Notes under the pieces: generated by a model
The model's input: only the letters and a program-made list of their open reading frames with translations
Database searches by the model: none
Told to the model about the DNA's origin: nothing
Assembly: GCA_032325415.1 (NCBI GenBank)
Contig: GCA_032325415.1_4119.2
DNA: 45,695 nucleotides
Origin: a phage
Direction: 5' to 3' (one strand)
Position numbers and translations under genes: made by a program
Shown here: piece by piece, positions 14,813 through 21,916 of the stretch
Position numbering within the stretch: the stretch's first letter is position 1
Layout: each line of letters begins with the position of its first letter

Positions 14813-14900
14813 GAAAAAGGGATTGACTCCGGTCAGTCCCTTTGCTATTATATACGCATAGAAACAAATCAGCCCACAGGGTGCATAAATGTATCTATTG
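14813..14900 (+). repeat. R module copy 2 (terminator-like hairpin, embedded promoter, conserved core)
   Basis: AAAAAGGGATTGACTCCGGTCAGTCCCTTT hairpin; -35 TTGACT 14823-14828, -10 TATTAT 14846-14851; core AGCCCACAGGGTGCATAAATGTATCT. Confidence 0.65.
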
Positions 14901-14935
14901 TTTGCTGGTGGCTAGTACTGAAAACTATTTTTAAA

Positions 14936-15117
14936 AAGTACTTGCATTGTACTTAGAATCAAGTATAATGTTTTACATCAGGACGGGGAACGAAACAAGT
15001 AACCCCGTTAAGTAGTCCAGGAGTAAGACATAAGAAAACCTCCCCTGATAAAATAGTTTGACAATAGAAAGTAAAAGAGTATAATACTTACATCAACCAC
15101 TGATAAGGAAACATAAA
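14936..15117 (+). repeat. dual-promoter leader module, copy 2 (near-identical to 3990-4172)
   Basis: Promoter A (-35 TTGCAT 14942-14947, -10 TATAAT 14964-14969), hairpin ACGGGGAA...CCCCGT, conserved AAGTAGTCCAGGAGTAAGACATAAGAAAACCTCCCCTGATAAAATAG, promoter B (-35 TTGACA 15058-15063, -10 TATAAT 15080-15085). Confidence 0.7.
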
Positions 15118-15393
15118 ATGCGGATTCTACTGACAGCTAACGAAATCGAACAAGTACTGACTACTAACCTGGAAGACTGGAAACGTGAAGCAGATATCCA
15201 GGCGGTTCAACGGCTTAACGATGAGTTAACGCCGGATGACTTAAGCAAGATTGTAGATCCTCAATTCTACGAAGATATCCACGACACCGCGTTAAGCGTC
15301 GAGGATGTACTAGATAAGCACTACATTGATATTGATTTGCAGGTTTACGGTCGTAAAAACTTTATCACTATTCACGACATTTACAATAATTAA
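15118..15393 (+). CDS. hypothetical acidic protein (91 aa)
   Basis: SD TAAGGAAA then ATG 15118; track ORF. Confidence 0.65.
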   Translation: MRILLTANEIEQVLTTNLEDWKREADIQAVQRLNDELTPDDLSKIVDPQFYEDIHDTALSVEDVLDKHYIDIDLQVYGRKNFITIHDIYNN

Positions 15394-15396
15394 GTA

Positions 15397-15424
15397 TTGA
15401 CAAAGTATCTTAGTACTGTATAAT
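15397..15424 (+). promoter_or_regulatory. sigma70-like promoter (cassette type)
   Basis: -35 TTGACA 15397-15402, 16-bp spacer with AGTACTG, -10 TATAAT 15419-15424; hairpin GAGGGGAA-ACGG-TTCCCCTC. Confidence 0.65.
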
Positions 15425-15481
15425 AGTTTACATCAAGTGAGGGGAAACGGTTCCCCTCCTAACAAAGAGAGAGAAATAAAA

Positions 15482-15805
15482 ATGGCTATGATCCTTACCC
15501 AGAAAGTGGAACTGAAAATTGTAACCTCCTTTGACATTAACGTTAATCGGTGGACTGATTCACACGGCAATACTTACCACTCTTGCTACGTGTCTGCTTT
15601 AATTGGCGACCGCTGGGAAGACCTGGGACACGAAACCTTTACATACGGTTACGGTACACAAGGCGAATACACGGGCTTGGAGATCATTAAAGAAACCGTT
15701 ATAGGTTTCAACCCGAAAGAAAAAGTTATTCACCGCATCGAGGAAGAGATCAACAAAGAAATAACAGTTCGCTACCACGATGTAAAACGTAAGAAAGACA
15801 TGTAA
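15482..15805 (+). CDS. hypothetical protein (107 aa), distant paralog of 8879..9223
   Basis: ATG 15482 in frame with track ORF 15437 whose start is in the leader hairpin. Confidence 0.65.
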   Translation: MAMILTQKVELKIVTSFDINVNRWTDSHGNTYHSCYVSALIGDRWEDLGHETFTYGYGTQGEYTGLEIIKETVIGFNPKEKVIHRIEEEINKEITVRYHDVKRKKDM

Positions 15806-15819
15806 TAGAATCCATTTAA

Positions 15820-15856
15820 AGTACTATTTGACATTGCCCAGATAGTACTTTATAAT
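15820..15856 (+). promoter_or_regulatory. promoter with operator-like inverted repeat AGTACTAT-N14-ATAGTACT
   Basis: AGTACTAT 15820-15827, -35 TTGACA 15828-15833, ATAGTACT 15842-15849, -10 TATAAT 15851-15856. Confidence 0.6.
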
Positions 15857-15900
15857 AGACTCTAACTTGTAGTACTAACTCAACTAATAGGATGTATACC

Positions 15901-16296
15901 ATGATTACTAAATTCTACGCTACCCGTGAAGCTGCCCGTATTGTTGCACGCGAGGAAGGAGCAGCATTTAAAGACATGGGCAAAGATGCACCGAAAGGCC
16001 AACGCTGGGCCGTACAGTTCAAAGAGATCTCTGATATTGTGAATTCACCTGAGCCAGTACTAACAGCAGCAGAACTAAAACGAGCGGATTTACTGGCGTC
16101 AATACTTGATGCACAAGATGAGTTTATCGCTGATTCTGATATCAAAGTACAGACAAACCATACCGCTTGGACTCACGCGGATCACCTGGCAAACCTGAAG
16201 CGTCCAAGTGAACTGGTACGCAACCAGAAAGAGATCCGACACGACCGTAAGGGTAATCGTGTAACAGTATACAGTAAACGCCGCCAGGTTATCTAA
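15901..16296 (+). CDS. hypothetical protein (131 aa), paralog of 3163..3429
   Basis: ATG 15901 chosen by paralog alignment and SD AGGAT spacing; track start 15892 is an alternative. Confidence 0.6.
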   Translation: MITKFYATREAARIVAREEGAAFKDMGKDAPKGQRWAVQFKEISDIVNSPEPVLTAAELKRADLLASILDAQDEFIADSDIKVQTNHTAWTHADHLANLKRPSELVRNQKEIRHDRKGNRVTVYSKRRQVI

Positions 16297-16318
16297 TAAC
16301 TTGCAGTACTAACAACAC

Positions 16319-16344
16319 GGCGGGATCAGTTCCCGCCTTTTTTA
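16319..16344 (+). terminator. rho-independent terminator
   Basis: GGCGGGA-TCAG-TTCCCGCC followed by TTTTTTAT. Confidence 0.8.
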
Positions 16345-16357
16345 TAGGACAAACAAA

Positions 16358-16612
16358 ATGATTAAGGTTCAACTATATAAAGATAATATCTTGCGGGTAC
16401 ACTATAAAGCCCCTCAGAGAATCATCACAAAGGCCGTACAGCTTGCTAATGAGTTTATTAATGGTAACCTATTACCTAGGAAGTTAAGCAACGGGAAACT
16501 GCGTGTAATCGACGTGGACACTAACAACAGGATAGTAATCGAGAACACAGGAAAGATAAACCTTTATGAGCATCAACAATACAATAAGAAAATAAAACTA
16601 ATATCACGTTGA
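16358..16612 (+). CDS. hypothetical protein (84 aa)
   Basis: Track ORF downstream of terminator; weak SD. Confidence 0.5.
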   Translation: MIKVQLYKDNILRVHYKAPQRIITKAVQLANEFINGNLLPRKLSNGKLRVIDVDTNNRIVIENTGKINLYEHQQYNKKIKLISR

Positions 16613-16637
16613 CAGTACTCAAATGTTTTAGTACTAT
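16609..16637 (+). promoter_or_regulatory. putative sigma70-like promoter
   Basis: -35 TTGACA 16609-16614, 17-bp spacer, -10 TACTAT 16632-16637. Confidence 0.45.
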
Positions 16638-16666
16638 ATGTACATACCAACACGGGGAGAAACAAA

Positions 16667-16909
16667 ATGATTACTTTAGAAAAACGTATCAAAGAAACTA
16701 CATCGCTGGTGGAACTGTTAACAGTACTCAAATGTAAAACTACTCGGTTTAGTACACCGGACTTTATTAATATGGTTGATGTTAATGGTCGCTATCGTAT
16801 CACGGTCGAACAAGGAGCGGCGAAAGTATTCAGTACTAAAAACACTAAGGAAGTGATTCACGCTGTAAGTGTTAAAAAAGTAGTTGCCATTGATAGTAAA
16901 GTACTGTAA
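16667..16909 (+). CDS. hypothetical protein (80 aa)
   Basis: SD GGGGAGA then ATG 16667; track ORF. Confidence 0.55.
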   Translation: MITLEKRIKETTSLVELLTVLKCKTTRFSTPDFINMVDVNGRYRITVEQGAAKVFSTKNTKEVIHAVSVKKVVAIDSKVL

Positions 16910-16940
16910 GATAGTTTCATTAACTCAAGGAGAACATGCA

Positions 16941-17525
16941 ATGCGTAATTATACTAAATTCATCCGTACCCTGTCAGAAATGGAAACCAACAAAGAGATC
17001 CTTTCAGCTTGTCGGTTAGCTGGTCTGGAGATCATCGGTGCGGGTTCTTCCCGTATTGTATTCGCTTTAAATGATCGGTTAGTGATTAAGGTCGCGAATT
17101 GTGATGCGGGTGTAGAACAAAATGAAACTGAATGTAAGGTATGGAATTTTTTAGATTATGACCGCCCTCAATTGAAACAGTACTTTGCAAAGGTGCATAT
17201 GCATTTATGCGATCCTGATAATATGTTTATCGTTATGGATCGGTTGAGTACTGCAAGTAAAGGCAGTGTAAAGCACGTAAACGCGTGCAATGAATTAAAG
17301 TACAATATTAAACGTAATGCCATTGAACGCCAGCACCGCTTTGCTGATGCACTACAACACGTTGATGATACATTATCAACACTAACGATAAGAGATATCA
17401 GAAAACAGAATATCGGCCAGGATCGTAATGGCCTTATTAAAGTACTTGATTACGGTTTAACCCGCAATATCTGGAATCAGTACTATAAAAAGCGTGATGT
17501 AGAAGCAAGTAAGGTAACACGATAA
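16941..17525 (+). CDS. putative small protein-kinase-like protein (194 aa)
   Basis: SD AAGGAG then ATG 16941; motifs IGAGSSRIVF (Gly-rich loop), LVIKVA (VAIK-like Lys), IRDIRKQNIG (HRD-x-K-x-x-N-like catalytic loop), KVLDYGL (DFG-like). Confidence 0.55.
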   Translation: MRNYTKFIRTLSEMETNKEILSACRLAGLEIIGAGSSRIVFALNDRLVIKVANCDAGVEQNETECKVWNFLDYDRPQLKQYFAKVHMHLCDPDNMFIVMDRLSTASKGSVKHVNACNELKYNIKRNAIERQHRFADALQHVDDTLSTLTIRDIRKQNIGQDRNGLIKVLDYGLTRNIWNQYYKKRDVEASKVTR

Positions 17526-17526
17526 A

Positions 17527-17612
17527 AAAAGATTAAAAAAGGGATTGACTCCGGTCAGTCCCTTTGCTATTATATATTCATTGAGAGATAACTCACTGAC
17601 CCATAGGGTGCG
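17527..17612 (+). repeat. R module copy 3 (terminator-like hairpin, embedded promoter, conserved core)
   Basis: AAAAAAGGGATTGACTCCGGTCAGTCCCTTT; -35 TTGACT 17545-17550, -10 TATTAT 17568-17573; core GACCCATAGGGTGCGGAAGTGTATCT. Confidence 0.65.
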
Positions 17613-17666
17613 GAAGTGTATCTATTATATAAGTATTCAGTACTGAAAACTATTTTTAAAAAGTAC

Positions 17667-17694
17667 TTGCATTGTACTTAGAATCAAGTATAAT
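17667..17694 (+). promoter_or_regulatory. sigma70-like promoter (cassette type)
   Basis: -35 TTGCAT 17667-17672, 16-bp spacer, -10 TATAAT 17689-17694; hairpin GAGAGGGGAA-ATGG-TTCTCCCTC. Confidence 0.65.
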
Positions 17695-17747
17695 GTTTTA
17701 TATCGAGAGGGGAAATGGTTCTCCCTCAAAGAACAAGGAATAAAATC

Positions 17748-17969
17748 ATGACTACAATGACTTGCATTCACGCTTCAAACCTGCTTAATGATGCGGCCTT
17801 TAATGTTGAAACAGAATATCAATGTTATCGGGATGAAAATAAAAAAGTTTTTGTAGTTGATAATAATGGTTTCCATATTGAATTGCAATCCGGCTTCACT
17901 GGCGTTGATGGTAAATCAGTATGGGGAGTACAGGATGATAAAGGCACATATCATTTTAAACGTAATTAA
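17748..17969 (+). CDS. hypothetical protein (73 aa)
   Basis: SD AAGGAAT then ATG 17748, in frame with track ORF 17715. Confidence 0.65.
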   Translation: MTTMTCIHASNLLNDAAFNVETEYQCYRDENKKVFVVDNNGFHIELQSGFTGVDGKSVWGVQDDKGTYHFKRN

Positions 17970-17972
17970 GTA

Positions 17973-18000
17973 TTGACAAAGTATATCAGTACTGTATAAT
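17973..18000 (+). promoter_or_regulatory. sigma70-like promoter (cassette type)
   Basis: -35 TTGACA 17973-17978, 16-bp spacer with CAGTACTG, -10 TATAAT 17995-18000; hairpin GGGGAGAA-TAG-TTCTCCCC. Confidence 0.65.
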
Positions 18001-18053
18001 AGTTTACATCAAGGGGAGAATAGTTCTCCCCACCAATAAAAGGAAACAAAATT

Positions 18054-18326
18054 ATGTCCAGCTACTCCGCTACTATGATTATTAAAGATATGAACGGTAA
18101 TCCTACTTCTGCTGGTGGATCATTTGGTAACATTAACTTAGATGGGCGGTTATCAATTGAATCAGCCATCAATGCCGCGAAAGAAGTTTTTAAGAATGAA
18201 TGTACTGTAAGCAAGCTGGATTATATGGGCTTCGCTATCGAGAAAACTAATCGTTTTGTGGACTACAAAAAACCACTGATGATCGATACTAACCTGAAAG
18301 CTAACGAAGTGGAATACTTATTATGA
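18054..18326 (+). CDS. hypothetical protein (90 aa)
   Basis: SD AAAGGAAA then ATG 18054; track ORF. Confidence 0.65.
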   Translation: MSSYSATMIIKDMNGNPTSAGGSFGNINLDGRLSIESAINAAKEVFKNECTVSKLDYMGFAIEKTNRFVDYKKPLMIDTNLKANEVEYLL

Positions 18327-18514
18327 CAGTAGAAGAAGTTAAAAAAGTACTGGCAGTACTACGCTATCATAATCATTGCAAGGTGAAGAATGATCCTGAT
18401 TATGTTGATTCATCCCTGGAGGAAGACACATTAAACGCAATAAGCCATATGCAAAAAATGCTTAAGCGTATGACCGAAAAGAACAGGCCAGACTATATCG
18501 GAAATAAAATTTAA
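18323..18514 (+). CDS. hypothetical protein (63 aa)
   Basis: ATG overlaps upstream stop (ATGA), translational coupling; track ORF. Confidence 0.55.
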   Translation: MTVEEVKKVLAVLRYHNHCKVKNDPDYVDSSLEEDTLNAISHMQKMLKRMTEKNRPDYIGNKI

Positions 18515-18521
18515 AAAGTAC

Positions 18522-18549
18522 TTGCATTGTAGTTAGATTAACGTATAAT
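18522..18549 (+). promoter_or_regulatory. sigma70-like promoter (cassette type)
   Basis: -35 TTGCAT 18522-18527, 16-bp spacer, -10 TATAAT 18544-18549; hairpin GCGGGGGAA-TAG-TTCTCCCGC. Confidence 0.65.
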
Positions 18550-18600
18550 GTTTTACATAGAGCGGGGGAATAGTTCTCCCGCCAGTCCAGGAGATACACC

Positions 18601-18864
18601 ATGAACACTATCGAAATCACTATCAATGCACACGTATACGACAACGTAGTACTGCAAACTACTATGACCGCCAATGATACCAGTACTTTGCGGAATGCCG
18701 TTGTAAGTGCTGTATGTGCTGCAATCGGTGATGTAGCCCTGGAAAATGCAGAACACATCAACAACGGTTTCACTATGTGCAAACGTGATAACGCAAAACA
18801 TATCATCGTAGAAGGTTACGGCGGTGTAGAATTTAATGTTTATATGAAAAAAGTACTTGCATAA
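18601..18864 (+). CDS. hypothetical protein (87 aa)
   Basis: SD CCAGGAGA then ATG 18601; last codons overlap the next -35. Confidence 0.65.
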   Translation: MNTIEITINAHVYDNVVLQTTMTANDTSTLRNAVVSAVCAAIGDVALENAEHINNGFTMCKRDNAKHIIVEGYGGVEFNVYMKKVLA

Positions 18865-18884
18865 TAACTAAAACAAAGTATAAT
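18857..18884 (+). promoter_or_regulatory. sigma70-like promoter (cassette type)
   Basis: -35 TTGCAT 18857-18862, 16-bp spacer, -10 TATAAT 18879-18884; hairpin GGGGGAG-ATAT-CCTCCCCC. Confidence 0.65.
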
Positions 18885-18931
18885 GTTTTGCATAGGGGGA
18901 GATATCCTCCCCCACTAAAAGGAGTAATAAA

Positions 18932-19156
18932 ATGGCTAACTTTGATGAACTGATGCGGGAAGTAGCTAACCTGGCAGAAGAGAAGAAATCATTCGATTCT
19001 ATCTATAACACCGCTCACCGTGATTCAGTACTGGCATGTACTCAGGATCAAAAAGATGAACTAATCGCCACCTATCATGAAGCATGGAAGTACTACCGAC
19101 AATGGGAGAAAGAAGAAAGTGAGTCTACCATTGACGGCCTCAATAATCTAATCTAA
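18932..19156 (+). CDS. hypothetical acidic protein (74 aa)
   Basis: SD AAAGGAGT then ATG 18932; track ORF. Confidence 0.65.
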   Translation: MANFDELMREVANLAEEKKSFDSIYNTAHRDSVLACTQDQKDELIATYHEAWKYYRQWEKEESESTIDGLNNLI

Positions 19157-19168
19157 AAGTTTTATTTC

Positions 19169-19205
19169 AGTACTATTGACATAGCTTGATAGTACTGATG
19201 TAATA
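19169..19205 (+). promoter_or_regulatory. promoter with operator-like inverted repeat AGTACTAT-N12-ATAGTACT
   Basis: AGTACTAT 19169-19176, -35 TTGACA 19176-19181, ATAGTACT 19189-19196, -10-like TGTAAT about 19199-19204. Confidence 0.55.
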
Positions 19206-19232
19206 ACTTTACTAACTACAAGGGGAAACATA

Positions 19233-19490
19233 ATGGAACAGTTCACACAATATCGGGTAAATCCTCAAGCTATGGCCTACGTAGAAGACCATAAAACATT
19301 ACCAGTACTGCAACCAGTTAAAGGCCATATCTATCGTGCTATGTCGTGGAGTACGGCCCAGGATGGCTATAAAACCGTAGCCGTTGGTATGTATTGCGGG
19401 AATGGTGAATGGTTTGATCCAAATAATCCGGTAGCCATTGACAGTACTGAAAAAATGAAATGGGCCGACTACATCGAAGATATTTCATAA
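19233..19490 (+). CDS. hypothetical protein (85 aa)
   Basis: SD AAGGGGA then ATG 19233; track ORF. Confidence 0.6.
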   Translation: MEQFTQYRVNPQAMAYVEDHKTLPVLQPVKGHIYRAMSWSTAQDGYKTVAVGMYCGNGEWFDPNNPVAIDSTEKMKWADYIEDIS

Positions 19491-19496
19491 AAAGAA

Positions 19497-19585
19497 TAAA
19501 AAAGGGATTGACTCCGGTCAGTCCCTTTGCTATTATATACGCATAGACAAAAACTAGCCCACAGGGTGCATAGGTGTATCTAAAA
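19497..19585 (+). repeat. R module copy 4 (terminator-like hairpin, embedded promoter, conserved core)
   Basis: AAAAAAGGGATTGACTCCGGTCAGTCCCTTT; -35 TTGACT 19508-19513, -10 TATTAT 19531-19536; core AGCCCACAGGGTGCATAGGTGTATCT. Confidence 0.65.
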
Positions 19586-19670
19586 TATATAGTTAATAAC
19601 GGTGAGTAACTATCTGCTGGTGGATGTACTGCCAGTACTCAAGGGAACTAAAACTATTAATAAAAAAGTA

Positions 19671-19699
19671 TTGACAAAGTATATCAGTACTGCGATAAT
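19671..19699 (+). promoter_or_regulatory. sigma70-like promoter
   Basis: -35 TTGACA 19671-19676, 17-bp spacer with CAGTACTG, -10 GATAAT 19694-19699. Confidence 0.55.
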
Positions 19700-19752
19700 G
19701 TATCTCGTAGGGCGGCAATGGTGCGACGGCCCACAAAGTTAGGAGATTCAAA

Positions 19753-20085
19753 ATGAGTACTTCAATCGCTATCGTTAAAGCTTTCATCCGTACCAATGTT
19801 TCATCTGTATTCATCGACGGACTGGATCGTGAAGTAGAATACTCAATCATTATCGCACAGACTGCAAACGGTGCTCGGTATATCCTCAATGATAGTGAAG
19901 CAAATCACTACTACTTCACTAAAGCTACTGGCTTTAAACGCATCGATGCCGATGTAGTATACGCTAAGATGAATAAGCTGGTAGACAAGATTAACGCTAA
20001 AGGCACTATTGATTTACAGTACTGGACCGAAACCGATCCAGAATATGGATCTCACCGCTACCTGAATCCAGGTATCAAAATGTAA
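19753..20085 (+). CDS. hypothetical protein (110 aa)
   Basis: SD TAGGAG then ATG 19753; track ORF; overlapping minus-strand ORF 19593..19889 rejected. Confidence 0.65.
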   Translation: MSTSIAIVKAFIRTNVSSVFIDGLDREVEYSIIIAQTANGARYILNDSEANHYYFTKATGFKRIDADVVYAKMNKLVDKINAKGTIDLQYWTETDPEYGSHRYLNPGIKM

Positions 20086-20092
20086 AAAGTAC

Positions 20093-20120
20093 TTGCATAG
20101 TACTTAGATTCATGTATAAT
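20093..20120 (+). promoter_or_regulatory. sigma70-like promoter (cassette type)
   Basis: -35 TTGCAT 20093-20098, 16-bp spacer, -10 TATAAT 20115-20120; hairpin GAGGGGGAA-ATGG-TTCTCCCTC. Confidence 0.65.
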
Positions 20121-20174
20121 GTTTTACATAGAGAGGGGGAAATGGTTCTCCCTCCTAAATTAAGGAGTTTTATC

Positions 20175-20576
20175 ATGACCTTCTCAATCACTTCCTTCGC
20201 TGACGTTTTAGTACTGGCTCGGACTTTTGGTAAAGATGCACTGGAGTACGCTGTAAGTAATGGTACTATCCAACCGGAACAGTGCCGCATCATTGGAAAC
20301 TGCAAACGTTGGGCGGTATCCAATACTATTGCACTGGAAAACTTCCACGATGGCAACAATGAATATTCTGTTGATGTAGTATTCGAAGCCGTTGATCTCG
20401 GCGGTATCTATAATACTAACCTGAATGATGTGCGTATCGTTCGCACGGGGTTCGGTGCTTATGATGTATCTATTCGTGAAGCTATGAACACCGGATACAT
20501 TAGCAAGGACTTACTTGCTCACATCATGCAGCTGTGTACGGAACGTAACGAAGCACGTACTATCTTAGGGCTGTAA
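20175..20576 (+). CDS. hypothetical protein (133 aa)
   Basis: SD TAAGGAGT then ATG 20175, in frame with track ORF 20112 whose start is in the promoter. Confidence 0.65.
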   Translation: MTFSITSFADVLVLARTFGKDALEYAVSNGTIQPEQCRIIGNCKRWAVSNTIALENFHDGNNEYSVDVVFEAVDLGGIYNTNLNDVRIVRTGFGAYDVSIREAMNTGYISKDLLAHIMQLCTERNEARTILGL

Positions 20577-20600
20577 GCAATACACATCACCAAACATCAT

Positions 20601-20620
20601 AGGCCGCTCTCTAGCGGCCT
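20601..20620 (+). other. GC hairpin AGGCCGC-TCTCTA-GCGGCCT (weak terminator or RNA-stability element)
   Basis: 7-bp GC stem; no T-run follows. Confidence 0.35.
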
Positions 20621-20644
20621 TAACTATATCAGGAGTACATACAT

Positions 20645-20854
20645 ATGTTCTATACAGTATACAGCGTTCTAGGTACTATTGCAGGCGTACATGATAACGT
20701 CAATGATGCTATGCGTACAGTACTGCAACAGGTTCCACTAAAGCCTAAGACCATTAAGCAGATGACAGCACGACTAACCAGGGCGACCGATGGCGTGGAA
20801 GTATGGCAGGACTACGGGGATACACAGATAATCGTTAGCGTAACGAAGGATTAA
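20645..20854 (+). CDS. hypothetical protein (69 aa)
   Basis: SD CAGGAGT then ATG 20645; track ORF; last gene before the compositional boundary. Confidence 0.6.
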   Translation: MFYTVYSVLGTIAGVHDNVNDAMRTVLQQVPLKPKTIKQMTARLTRATDGVEVWQDYGDTQIIVSVTKD

Positions 20855-20882
20855 TGCGTAAAGGGATCTAGTACTGATTCAG

Positions 20883-20948
20883 AAAAAAGTCAAGGCGTTT
20901 TTAAAATTATGCGTTAAAAAAATGCATAGGTAATCCCTTGACTTTTTT
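20883..20948. promoter_or_regulatory. perfect 13-bp inverted repeat AAAAAAGTCAAGG / CCTTGACTTTTTT with about 40-bp spacer at module boundary
   Basis: Arms at 20883-20895 and 20936-20948; flanked by AAGGGAT / ATCCCTT; related in sequence to the R-module hairpin. Confidence 0.6.
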
Positions 20949-21045
20949 GAAATAAAAGGGATTGGACTATGGCAAAATGCGTAGGGGGCTAAAGGGCGGG
21001 TAACCTTAGCGACTTCGATAAAGGTGTATTACGAATAAAATGTTA

Positions 21046-21073
21046 TTGATTTTTTATACGAATCGTATATTAT
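21046..21073 (+). promoter_or_regulatory. putative promoter for the paralog array, with palindromic operator-like site TATACGA-A-TCGTATA
   Basis: -35 TTGATT 21046-21051, 16-bp spacer, -10 TATTAT 21068-21073; near-perfect palindrome 21055-21069. Confidence 0.45.
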
Positions 21074-21103
21074 AGGATTGATATTATTTTTAATGGAGTC
21101 CCT

Positions 21104-21301
21104 ATGCGTATTTTAACTAAAGAACAGCACCACGAAAGACTTATCAATAACATGGCTATGATAATGTATAAGTCCCATGACCGTGGTATTGCCTATAAGC
21201 GTGAATTAATTATGGCACTATTCATTGGAACTAACTTTCAGGAAAGGTATGTCAACGATTGGATTTGGTATTTAATTGAAGATATAACGAGTAAACTATG
21301 A
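21104..21301 (+). CDS. family-A small paralog (65 aa)
   Basis: Track ORF; C-terminal FIGTNFQERYVNDWIWYLIEDITSKL; SD GGAG. Confidence 0.65.
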   Translation: MRILTKEQHHERLINNMAMIMYKSHDRGIAYKRELIMALFIGTNFQERYVNDWIWYLIEDITSKL

Positions 21302-21498
21302 AAATGCGTATTTTAAATAAAGAAGAATATCAATCACTGTTACGTAAAAACTTCACAAAGATTTATAATACAGACACACACGTAGAACGAATGGAGTTAT
21401 ACCTTTTGATTACTTTGGGAACTAACTATCAGGAAAGATGGGTGATTCAATATATGGATACATTGAAAAATAAAATATTGTCCACGAGGAAACAATGA
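21298..21498 (+). CDS. family-A small paralog (66 aa)
   Basis: ATGA overlap; LGTNYQERWV motif. Confidence 0.65.
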   Translation: MKMRILNKEEYQSLLRKNFTKIYNTDTHVERMELYLLITLGTNYQERWVIQYMDTLKNKILSTRKQ

Positions 21499-21704
21499 AA
21501 ACTATAACACGAACCCAATCATACGGTCTTATCTTGAAATACATGGACTTAATGGTGGATATCAGCAAAGACCTTCCTAAAACTGAAATTGAAGTTGCAA
21601 GAGCAGAGATCCGCATGTTGGCTGTACTGAACACAAACCATCAGGAAGAGTATGTTGACGATTGGATTCGATTTTTAATAGAAGATATTAAGAGTAAACT
21701 ATGA
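21495..21704 (+). CDS. family-A small paralog (69 aa)
   Basis: ATGA overlap; LNTNHQEEYVDDWIRFLIEDIKSKL. Confidence 0.65.
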   Translation: MKTITRTQSYGLILKYMDLMVDISKDLPKTEIEVARAEIRMLAVLNTNHQEEYVDDWIRFLIEDIKSKL

Positions 21705-21916
21705 TTATTATAGAAAACTCATATCAATATACTGAACGCATCGCTGCCAGACAACTTGAAATCCTCATAATATACGAAGCGACTTCTGATTTAAACTTAG
21801 CCGAGGTATTGGAAAATGATATACTATTGGGTGCATTCTTAGGAACAGACTATCAGAAGTATTATGAGGAAAAGTATTTGTCATCTCTTGAGAAATATAT
21901 CAGGAGCAAATTATGA
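21701..21916 (+). CDS. family-A small paralog (71 aa)
   Basis: ATGA overlap; LGTDYQKYYEEKYLSSLEKYIRSKL. Confidence 0.65.
   Translation: MIIIENSYQYTERIAARQLEILIIYEATSDLNLAEVLENDILLGAFLGTDYQKYYEEKYLSSLEKYIRSKL

Noticed and set aside
2280-20160. Possibility that the regularly repeated about 45-bp promoter units are a CRISPR array
   Set aside because: The intervening sequences are 150-600 bp protein-coding genes rather than short uniform spacers, the repeat is not identical between copies, and it matches promoter consensus.
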